Counted from the first letter of the stretch, positions 8,763 to 15,682 are shown. The stretch: DNA of 24,000 nucleotides from an uncultured Bacillaceae bacterium (GCA_963838465.1 CAWIQZ010000017.1:646611-670610); one strand, 5' to 3'. The notes: generated from the sequence alone by a model not told the origin. Made by a program: numbers and translations.

Positions 8763-9779
8763 TTGAAGATTATAGCTTTTATTGTAAGTTTAATATTAGT
8801 AACCTTTATTTATGTACAACCTGTAAATGCTGAACCTATTTTTAGAGACATTGAAGAAGATCATTGGGCTTTTGATGAAGTTAATGATCTCGTTAAAAAA
8901 GGGATAGTTAGTGGCTATGAAGATGGAACTTTTAAACCTAACGCAACACTCACTCGTGCTCAAATGGCAGTAATGTTATCTATTGCATTAGATTTGGAGT
9001 TGAAAAACCGTCCGAATCCTAATTTTACTGATGTGTATTCCAATTTCTGGGCTTACAATTCGATAGCCGCAGTCGCAGAAGAAGGAATTATTACAGGTAA
9101 TGATGGTAGATTTCATCCAAGTGAAAACTTGACAAGAGCACAGATGGCAGTAGTATTAAGAAGAGCTTTTGACTTAATTGGAACTACCGAACATAGATTC
9201 AGAGATATTTCACAGAATTTTTGGGCTTACGAGGATATTCAATCTCTTGCAGCAAATGGTATCACAACAGGATATGAGGATAATACTTTCAGACCCAATG
9301 TTCCAGTAACAAGAATACAATTTGTGGCATTTTTAGCACGTTCCCTTAAATTATACGAAGAAGAAAATCCTGTCACAGAAGAACCTGAAGAAAACGAAGA
9401 GATTGAAGTGGAATTTGAATTTTCAGAACTAAATACTCATTATGTATCTCCAGATAATAATATGACTGTCACAATGAAAAATATAGAAGTGATTGATAAT
9501 CAAGGAATTTATGAATACAGAATTACTTATATAGAACAGAACAATACGATTGATAAGGTTATTGATCAAGGAGCTTTTAAAGTTTTCTATGTAAATGGTG
9601 AATCAGAACCTCAATACGGATTTTTTAATAGACTTTTTCCAACAGAATCCGAAACAAGAACCTATACTTTTAAAGCATTAAAATATCAAGAGCCTTATTT
9701 AGTTGAATATGGAAGTGATTTGTTTTTTAATAATGAACCAAAAAATGAATCATTGAAATGGAAAATAGAACTACCGTAA
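8763..9779 (+). CDS. Secreted protein with three S-layer homology (SLH) repeats and an uncharacterised C-terminal domain
   Basis: TTG start after a GAGGAGG Shine-Dalgarno. Signal peptide MKIIAFIVSLILVTFIYVQPVNA. Three SLH repeats (F.D...HWA...V..L...GI..GYEDGTF.PN..LTRAQMAV). Residues ~200-338 have no motif I recognise. Confidence 0.9.
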   Translation: MKIIAFIVSLILVTFIYVQPVNAEPIFRDIEEDHWAFDEVNDLVKKGIVSGYEDGTFKPNATLTRAQMAVMLSIALDLELKNRPNPNFTDVYSNFWAYNSIAAVAEEGIITGNDGRFHPSENLTRAQMAVVLRRAFDLIGTTEHRFRDISQNFWAYEDIQSLAANGITTGYEDNTFRPNVPVTRIQFVAFLARSLKLYEEENPVTEEPEENEEIEVEFEFSELNTHYVSPDNNMTVTMKNIEVIDNQGIYEYRITYIEQNNTIDKVIDQGAFKVFYVNGESEPQYGFFNRLFPTESETRTYTFKALKYQEPYLVEYGSDLFFNNEPKNESLKWKIELP

Positions 9780-9799
9780 AAATTAATATACATTATTTA

Positions 9800-9833
9800 G
9801 ACATACCTTTCAAAATAAAGGGTATGTCTTTTT
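9800..9833 (+). terminator. Rho-independent terminator downstream of the SLH gene
   Basis: AGACATACC (9800-9808) / GGTATGTCT (9821-9829) followed by TTTT. Confidence 0.65.
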
Positions 9834-9942
9834 CATTACTAAGACATCTCGAATCATTATGCTCTTTTTCTAAAACAAATGGTATAATCTTACTATAGGG
9901 ATTAATTATTTACTGGGAAAAGGTCTTTAGGAGGCTCTTTTC

Positions 9943-11073
9943 ATGAAAGGAAGTATAACTAAAAATAAAAAAACTGGTAAATGGGATTTTGTTTTTAGTA
10001 TAGGTCGTGATCCTTTAACTAGTAAATGGAAACAAATTAGAAGAAGAGGATTTGAAACAAAACGTCAAGCTGCAGAAACGATGACCAAGTTACAAGCAGA
10101 GGTATTAGAGGATGAGTTTATTGATTTAGCTAGTCTGACTTACGGTAGTTATATGGAACAATGGTTTGAAGAAAGAAAAAATCATCTTCAGAAATCTACC
10201 TTTGAAACTCAGTACATTTACTTCAAAAACCATATTAAGCCTAGACTTGGACATTTCAGAATCCAAGAGATAAACCCATTGCATATTCAAAAGTTTATTA
10301 ATGATTTGGTTCGGGAGAATGATTATTCTGAGCATACTATTCATTTAGTTTACCGAATTGTTAGTGCTTCATTTAAAAAAGCAAAAATCATAAAATTGGT
10401 CAAAGACAATCCTGCACTTGGCGTTACTCTACCAAAGATTAGAAAAAAAGAAATGAAACTATGGTCATTAGAAGAAGTTAATCATTTTATTTCTGAAGCA
10501 AAAAAAGTCAAGCGTATAACTCGATGTCACATTGGTTTTCTAATTACAATTTTAACGGGAATACGTCAAGGAGAAGTTCTTGCTCTTCGTTGGAAAGATA
10601 TTGATTTGGATAAGCAAATAATTTACATTCGACAGACGTTAACTCAAGCTGCAAGAATTAAAAATGGCGCAAAGAATGACAGTAGTATTCGCTCTATCCA
10701 TATTTCGGATAGCTTGATCACTGAATTGAAGACACATAGAAAACGGATTTTAGAAGAAAAACTCCAACATGGACAGGCATACGATGATTTCGATTTAGTT
10801 ATCTGTACAAGAACAGGTAAGCCGATAATTCCAAGAAATTTTAGAAAAGAGTTCTATAATTTATCTGAGAAAATTAATATGCCTAAAATTCGCTTTCATG
10901 ATCTTCGACACACGCATGCAACAATCTTAATTCAGCAGAATGTGAATGTAAAGTTAATCTCTGAACGGTTAGGTCATTCTGAAATTGGAACAACACTTGA
11001 CACGTATAGTCATGTCTTACCAAACATGCAGAAGATTGTATCAGACGAATTAAATAAAATCATTAGATTATGA
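9943..11073 (+). CDS. int: Tyrosine-type site-specific recombinase (phage integrase family)
   Basis: N-terminal arm-binding-like segment KTGKWDFVFSIGRDPLTSKWKQIRRRGF. Catalytic signature GIRQGEVLALRW ... FHDLRHTHATIL ... LGHSEIGTTLDTYSHV (R..HxxR..Y). Confidence 0.95.
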   Translation: MKGSITKNKKTGKWDFVFSIGRDPLTSKWKQIRRRGFETKRQAAETMTKLQAEVLEDEFIDLASLTYGSYMEQWFEERKNHLQKSTFETQYIYFKNHIKPRLGHFRIQEINPLHIQKFINDLVRENDYSEHTIHLVYRIVSASFKKAKIIKLVKDNPALGVTLPKIRKKEMKLWSLEEVNHFISEAKKVKRITRCHIGFLITILTGIRQGEVLALRWKDIDLDKQIIYIRQTLTQAARIKNGAKNDSSIRSIHISDSLITELKTHRKRILEEKLQHGQAYDDFDLVICTRTGKPIIPRNFRKEFYNLSEKINMPKIRFHDLRHTHATILIQQNVNVKLISERLGHSEIGTTLDTYSHVLPNMQKIVSDELNKIIRL

Positions 11074-11141
11074 CCTACTTTTGTGACCAATAGAGTTAAT
11101 GGAACTGAAAAGTATTGATATTAAAGGATTTTCAAGCAGTT

Positions 11142-11663
11142 TATCCCTACATGCCAGAAAAAGGCATGGTCGAAGAGTGGGAACTGAAAATCCACCAATC
11201 CTCCCATGCAAGATACTTTGAGGATTTCTTGAAATTTGTCGAGTATCACCAATCGATGCCTGAAATCGTCAAAACGCAAGTCATTCAAATGGCCCAGCAA
11301 CACATCGCAGAAACATATCAAGAGGAAACGCCAGAACGAATCCAAGAGGAAGAATACATCGAAGCTTGGTCAAACACACCCGTGCGTGAACTCCAAGAAA
11401 AGTGGACACCAGAGCAAGTCGTAGAAGCCTCTGCACCGATTGTCGAACATCAGCCAGAACTACCACTCAAGCTCAAACTCGATCATATAGACGTAAAGGC
11501 ATTGCTTTCTGATTTTGGTGAATCTGTTCATATTGCCAAAGTGAACGGAAAGTATGTGATCATTATTGAGGGTGATTCATTTACGTTTGAGAAGGGCGTT
11601 TCACCAGTGGAGTTTTTGAAGCCTGCGCCACTTGAGGAAGTGTTGAAGAGGGTAGGGAGGTAG
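11142..11663 (+). pseudogene. Copy B: displaced 3' fragment (173 codons) of the 351-aa gene, junction between islands 1 and 2
   Basis: 94.6% identical to 2261-2782 with no indels and only 3 amino-acid differences. Homology stops abruptly at 11142. The track ORF 11115..11663 uses a fortuitous TTG. Confidence 0.85.
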
Positions 11664-11726
11664 GGGAAAGTAACCATTCAAATGTGTGTTATTACATGGT
11701 ATTTAGCTTAAATTTTTCCCCTTCAA

Positions 11727-11757
11727 GGCACTGATCAATTTGGTCGGTGTCTTTTTT
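11727..11757 (+). terminator. Rho-independent terminator downstream of copy B
   Basis: GGCACTGATC (11727-11736) pairs with GGTCGGTGTC (11742-11751) using G-U wobbles, followed by TTTTTT. Confidence 0.5.
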
Positions 11758-11815
11758 ATTAACTAAGTCGCAAATGTGCGAAAACAAAATAATCTAACAA
11801 AGGGGAAATGTAAAA

Positions 11816-12538
11816 ATGAACGAGCAACAAACTGTATTACCAAGCTACAAGCAAGTAAAGGATGAGCTAGTACCAATTCCAAACTTTGATAAGTATTATG
11901 CATGCCATCAAAAATTAGGGAAGATTTTTAATAAGCAAAGTGGGAAATGGTTGCTTGTTGACGCTAAAGGTGTTGGAGATAAAAGGTATTTATTAACTAA
12001 ATTAAAAAGTAACGATGGTGAATGGATTCCAGTATATGAGTATGAAGCTATTTTTGCATCTTATTGGGGCCAGTGGAAAACTTGGAGAAATTTCGGTCGA
12101 AAAATGGAAATTGAACATAAGGATCGGAATCCTAAAAATAATAATATCTAAAATCTAAAGCTTGTTGATAGAGTTAGTCAATATACAGACGATGTAATCA
12201 AAGATATGTCAAATAAATCTCGGCTTGATGCTGAACAAGTGGTGATTATTAAAACTGATATTGCTGTTTGGGGAGATGGTAAGATTAAGTTTCATCAAAA
12301 ATGGGCAGATGAGTTGAACTGTTGTAAAAGGACAATCCAAAATATCATACTAGGTAATTCGTGGAAAAATGTTGAACCAACTGTAAGATTAATACATACA
12401 TAACAATAGTCACAGTGTAGTTTAAATTTGAGTGAATACATTAAGCAAGCTGCTAAGTCTTATGGACATGGCTATAGGAATATGTGGAACATTATAAACG
12501 GAAAGTCAAGGAAGCATCTACATAACCAAACCAATTAA
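11816..12538 (+). pseudogene. NUMOD4/HNH homing-endonuclease-like gene inactivated by three in-frame stop codons
   Basis: Track ORFs 11816..12151 and 12206..12403 and a further segment 12428..12538 are all in one frame. They are interrupted only by TAA 12149, TAA 12401 and TAG 12407. The HNH-like motif EIEHKDRNPKNNNI*NLKLV spans the first stop. Two HTH-like repeats follow: KRTIQNIILGNSWKNV and YRNMWNIINGKSRKHL. Confidence 0.75.
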
Positions 12539-12658
12539 AATGATGATTTTAACTATTTCAAATTATAATCTACTAAATTAAATTTCCAAAAAATGATTAA
12601 ATTCCCCTTTGCTAGAGTATAATGTTAATAAGACTTTAGACTTTAAGCGTGATGGTTA

Positions 12659-13093
12659 ATGTCAACAGAGACAACATATGACACTTTGGACTTAAGTGAT
12701 CTAAATAAAGAGTTATACAAAGTTGGAAAACTAACTATTAATATCATAGATTTGCTAAATTTAAGTAGTGAAGAGAAAGATATTATAGTATGGAGAGATA
12801 GATTAAATTATATTGCTAAGCATAAAAATGATTTTGAAACAGAAGAACAATTTTATAAACATATTGAAGCAATCCCTGAAATTATTCAAAATCCTGACTA
12901 TGTAGGATTACATCCAAATGGAAAGAGTCTAGAATTTATAAAAAGAATAGATGAAAACATGCTAGTTGCAGTTAGACTAAGTGATAAAAAGAAACTTGCA
13001 TTTCGTACTTCTTATCCGATAAAACAGAGCAAACTCAACAACTATATTGCTGCGGGAAGGGTTAAATGTGTAAACCCTTCTTTACAAGCATGA
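12659..13093 (+). CDS. Small protein resembling stand-alone PBECR (Barnase-EndoU-ColicinE5/D-RelE-like) nuclease-fold proteins; putative RNase/toxin
   Basis: 144-aa ORF. The pattern IVWRDRLNYIAKHKNDF...YKHIEAIPEIIQNPDYVGLHPNGKSLEFIKRIDENMLVAVRL...LAFRTSYPI matches my memory of PBECR-type proteins on Firmicutes mobile elements. Not verified. Confidence 0.5.
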   Translation: MSTETTYDTLDLSDLNKELYKVGKLTINIIDLLNLSSEEKDIIVWRDRLNYIAKHKNDFETEEQFYKHIEAIPEIIQNPDYVGLHPNGKSLEFIKRIDENMLVAVRLSDKKKLAFRTSYPIKQSKLNNYIAAGRVKCVNPSLQA

Positions 13094-13109
13094 ATCAACA
13101 TGGTATATT
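13081..13109 (+). promoter_or_regulatory. Sigma-A-like promoter with extended -10, overlapping the 3' end of the upstream CDS
   Basis: -35 TTTACA (13081-13086), 17-bp spacer, TGgTATATT (13101-13109). Confidence 0.45.
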
Positions 13110-13115
13110 GATCAT

Positions 13116-13261
13116 ACACTATAGAAATAAGTTATTTGAGGACGGAACAGGCAGCCGTCACGCCCTTTCAGGGTCTTATAAGAGATGTAGGATACGCCAC
13201 CCTACCAAGTAACTTATTAACGTTTAAAGACCTCCTCATTCATTTGAGTGAGGTCTTTTTC
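13116..13261 (+). ncRNA. Candidate structured small RNA (about 145 nt): 9-bp closing stem, three internal hairpins and its own terminator
   Basis: P1 13126-13134/13210-13218 (AATAAGTTA/TAACTTATT). H1 GACGG/CCGTC 13141-45/13155-59. H2 GCCC/GGGT 13162-65/13171-74. H3 GTAGG/CCTAC 13187-91/13201-05. Terminator 13227-13261. No ORF fits. The family is not recognised. Confidence 0.4.
13227..13261 (+). terminator. Rho-independent terminator
   Basis: AAGACCTC (13227-13234) pairs with GAGGTCTT (13250-13257). An inner CTC/GAG helix follows across a 1-nt bulge. Then TTTTT. Confidence 0.7.
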
Positions 13262-13417
13262 TCTAAGATTAAAGGGTTTTTATAATAATACTGTTCAGGT
13301 ATTATTATAAAATTAAGTAGAAAGTGTGGCGATCAAATGGTTAGTATACCGTTAAGCCAAAAGAAGAAACGTTTAACCATATCATTAGATGAACCCACTC
13401 CCCGTTAACCTTTAGTG

Positions 13418-13446
13418 TTGTCTTTGTCAACAAAAATTGGTATAAT
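13418..13446 (+). promoter_or_regulatory. Sigma-A-like promoter for the small-ORF/MazF-like pair
   Basis: -35 TTGTCT (13418-13423), 17-bp spacer, extended -10 TGgTATAAT (13438-13446). Confidence 0.5.
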
Positions 13447-13524
13447 TTCCTTATAGACAACCATATACTAATACCACTTTTACTAACGGGCGGTGAGTAT
13501 ATGTGTAAAGAGGAGGAGAAAGAT

Positions 13525-13680
13525 ATGGAAAAAACTATGGAAAGAAAAGATTATAAAAAACTAAATCTTAACCATGAAAAAATAAACAGTATCTCAGTTA
13601 CTCCTAAAGTTAAAGATGGGAAATTACTTTTCAACGAGAACAATAAAGATCATCGCTACATTGTTGAAGATGATCTTTAA
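13525..13680 (+). CDS. 51-aa ORF absent from the ORF track; candidate antitoxin partner of the downstream MazF-like toxin
   Basis: ATG 13525 preceded by AGAGGAGGAG (13510-13519). Reads MEKTMERKDYKKLNLNHEKINSISVTPKVKDGKLLFNENNKDHRYIVEDDL. Stops 15 nt before the toxin ATG. Too short for the ORF track. Confidence 0.5.
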   Translation: MEKTMERKDYKKLNLNHEKINSISVTPKVKDGKLLFNENNKDHRYIVEDDL

Positions 13681-13695
13681 AAAGTTCAAAATTTC

Positions 13696-14052
13696 ATGCA
13701 AATAGGTGACATCTTCTATTTTGATGTAGCATATACTGATGACCCATCTAAATCAAGCAATAGACCAGTATTAATTATCGATGAACTAGAAGATGATATG
13801 TTATTACTAATCTCAACAACTACAAAAGGAAGAAAATATCCAATTAGTGGTTATGACCGCTATAAGATTCCGATTCAAAATTGGAGAAAAACAGGTTTGG
13901 ATAGACCTTCTTGGTGTCGTGGGAAGATATTGATCAGGCTTCATAAGGATGAAATTGACTCGCTAGTTAAGATAAGTGATTATATAGGTAGGATGCATCC
14001 AGAAGATTTTAACATAATTATAGAAGAGTTAGAAAAGATTCATAGCAATTAA
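13696..14052 (+). CDS. PemK/MazF-like toxin (putative endoribonuclease)
   Basis: 118 aa. GDIFYFDV...SNRPVLII...MLLLISTTTK follows the PemK/MazF layout (GdI..vdf ... RPvlvl ... v.v.piTs). No Shine-Dalgarno of its own, which suggests coupling to the upstream small ORF. Confidence 0.6.
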   Translation: MQIGDIFYFDVAYTDDPSKSSNRPVLIIDELEDDMLLLISTTTKGRKYPISGYDRYKIPIQNWRKTGLDRPSWCRGKILIRLHKDEIDSLVKISDYIGRMHPEDFNIIIEELEKIHSN

Positions 14053-14090
14053 ACCTCAAAATCTCCCCTACTCTATATGAGTTAAAGGGA

Positions 14091-14180
14091 GATTCATTTA
14101 CGTTTGAAAAAGGCGTTTCACCAGTGGAGTTTTTGAAGCCTGAGCCACTTGAGGAAGTGTTGAAGAGGGTGGGGAGGTAG
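14091..14180 (+). repeat. Copy C: last 90 bp of the 351-aa gene (attR-side remnant next to chromosomal DNA)
   Basis: Matches 2693-2782 and 11574-11663. At the five variable sites inside the gene it agrees with copy A at four and with copy B at one. It also shares the TAG stop and the post-stop GGGAAAG with copy B. Confidence 0.85.
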
Positions 14181-14280
14181 GGGAAAGGGAGAGTAAGAGT
14201 AAGCTTTAGTAACAGTTCCCAAAACAAAGCCACAAGTAGTATAATAATGTAAAAAATAAACATACAGGAAGGTTGGTATT

Positions 14281-15615
14281 ATGGTAAACGAAGAAAAAAT
14301 ATTATCAACCAAAAAAATTCTTGTGTTTTTTGTCCCTTTAGGGTTATCAGCAAGTTTAGTTATGTTTTCCCATATGATCATAAACGGTACGCTAACGAGA
14401 GGGGAAGATGCTGAAGTAATTATTGCTAGCTATGTTATTGCAATGAGCTTATTTGCGATAACAGAACGGCTAGGTGTTTTATTACGTAATGCTTGCTCTG
14501 CACTAGTTCGTGACAAGATTTCGTTTAAAGCGATGTCGACAGTTGCTGCCTATGTAGTATCCGTGTTAATGATTATTTCAGTAACAATCGCTTATACTCC
14601 TATAGGTAAGTGGATATTTTCAGTACTATTTGGCGCAGACCCTACGATGATTGATCAAATCGTAGACGTTTATCAAATTTTAATAATTGTTACGTTTTTT
14701 TCAGCGATTCGTTGTTTATTTCAAGGGGTTATCATTATAAATCGGCAAACAAAATGGTTGACAATAGGAATGATTATACGCTTAATCGGAATGTATGTAT
14801 TATCATGGATCTTTATACATAACGGAAACATTAGTGCGAAAACAGGAGCATATATCTTTTTAGCTGGGATGATTATAGAAAGTATTGTTAGTTTTATAGA
14901 AGGACGATTTTTAGTAAAAAAAATGATTGAGAAAAAAAAGAGTCACCCGATTACAACAAAGGCTCAGATTTTTCGATTTTATAACCCACTCATTTTATCA
15001 TCTTTGATCATTGTCATGGTTGGTCCCATTATAAATGTATTTCTAGGAAGGACTAATGAAATAGAATTGGCAATTGCTGCTTACGCAATTGCCTTAAGTA
15101 TTGCACAATTAATCTTAAGTTTTTTTACTTATACTCATCAGATTGTTCTAACATTTTATAAAGATCATCCTAAAAAAGTAAAACAATTTACAAAGATGAT
15201 AGGAGTCATTCCAACTGTCATATTAGGTATATTTTGCTTCACTCCATTAGGTGCTTTCTTTATTGAACATATATTAGGTGCTAATGAACGTTTAGTGGAA
15301 GCTAGTCTAGAAAGCTTGCAAATATTTATGCTCATGACGCTTGTTTTTCCATTTATCGACTATTGTAATGGGTTGCTAATGTTGAAAAGTCAAACAAAAA
15401 TGATGGTTCTTTCGCAATCAACAAATCTGATTATCACTTTTCTTATTTTATTGATTGCTTCTACATTTGTACCCTCTTGGAATGGGATGATTGGAGCAAT
15501 GGCACAATCAATAGGAATGCTTGGAGAATTAATCGTGTTATTATTGATCCTTTTAAGACCCAAGCTTAAATGGCCACCTCATTTAATATTAATCAAAAGA
15601 AAAGCGAAATTTTAG
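14281..15615 (+). CDS. MATE/MOP-superfamily polytopic membrane transporter
   Basis: 444 aa with about 12 hydrophobic segments. The two-halves organisation is typical of MatE-like exporters. AGGAAGG Shine-Dalgarno upstream. Confidence 0.7.
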   Translation: MVNEEKILSTKKILVFFVPLGLSASLVMFSHMIINGTLTRGEDAEVIIASYVIAMSLFAITERLGVLLRNACSALVRDKISFKAMSTVAAYVVSVLMIISVTIAYTPIGKWIFSVLFGADPTMIDQIVDVYQILIIVTFFSAIRCLFQGVIIINRQTKWLTIGMIIRLIGMYVLSWIFIHNGNISAKTGAYIFLAGMIIESIVSFIEGRFLVKKMIEKKKSHPITTKAQIFRFYNPLILSSLIIVMVGPIINVFLGRTNEIELAIAAYAIALSIAQLILSFFTYTHQIVLTFYKDHPKKVKQFTKMIGVIPTVILGIFCFTPLGAFFIEHILGANERLVEASLESLQIFMLMTLVFPFIDYCNGLLMLKSQTKMMVLSQSTNLIITFLILLIASTFVPSWNGMIGAMAQSIGMLGELIVLLLILLRPKLKWPPHLILIKRKAKF

Positions 15616-15652
15616 TGAAACAAACGGATACTTCAATGGTTGAGAAGTGAAC

Positions 15653-15682
15653 AGAAGGTGGCTTTGAACCATCTTCTTTTTG
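15653..15682 (+). terminator. Rho-independent terminator between convergent genes
   Basis: AGAAGGTGG (15653-15661) / CCATCTTCT (15669-15677) followed by TTTT. Confidence 0.55.

Larger units (their letters stand above)
2783..11141. mobile_element. Integrative island 1 (about 8.4 kb): Shango-like operon, SLH protein and tyrosine integrase. The exact crossover point lies somewhere inside the flanking repeats.
   Basis: Bounded by direct repeats of the target-gene 3' end (2261-2782 and 11142-11663). The integrase gene ends 68 bp before the right repeat. TGTGACCA motifs sit just inside both ends. Confidence 0.7.
11664..14090. mobile_element. Island 2: integrase-less, decayed remnant of an earlier element at the same site
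   Basis: Bounded by repeat copies B and C. Both are followed by the same post-stop TAGGGGAAAG. Contents are phage- or plasmid-like (HNH pseudogene, BECR-like ORF, MazF-like toxin). Confidence 0.55.

Noticed and set aside
10126-10344. 72-aa minus-strand ORF within the integrase gene
   Set aside because: It is antisense to a confidently identified tyrosine recombinase and has no independent support.
11115-11141. TTG start at 11115 that would make copy B a free-standing 182-aa gene
   Set aside because: Homology to the parent gene begins only at 11142, there is no Shine-Dalgarno, and the first 9 codons are junction sequence. It is treated as a displaced gene fragment. Expression of a C-terminal fragment cannot be excluded.
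13337-13408. 23-codon ORF MVSIPLSQKKKRLTISLDEPTPR resembling the N-terminus of a ribbon-helix-helix antitoxin
   Set aside because: It is too short for the fold, has no Shine-Dalgarno, and is cut short by a stop. It is probably a remnant and is mentioned only as context for the nearby palindrome.
14018-14381. Minus-strand ORFs 14018..14263 and 14118..14381
   Set aside because: They run antisense across the att remnant, the intergenic promoter region and the start of the transporter gene. Their peptides are implausible.
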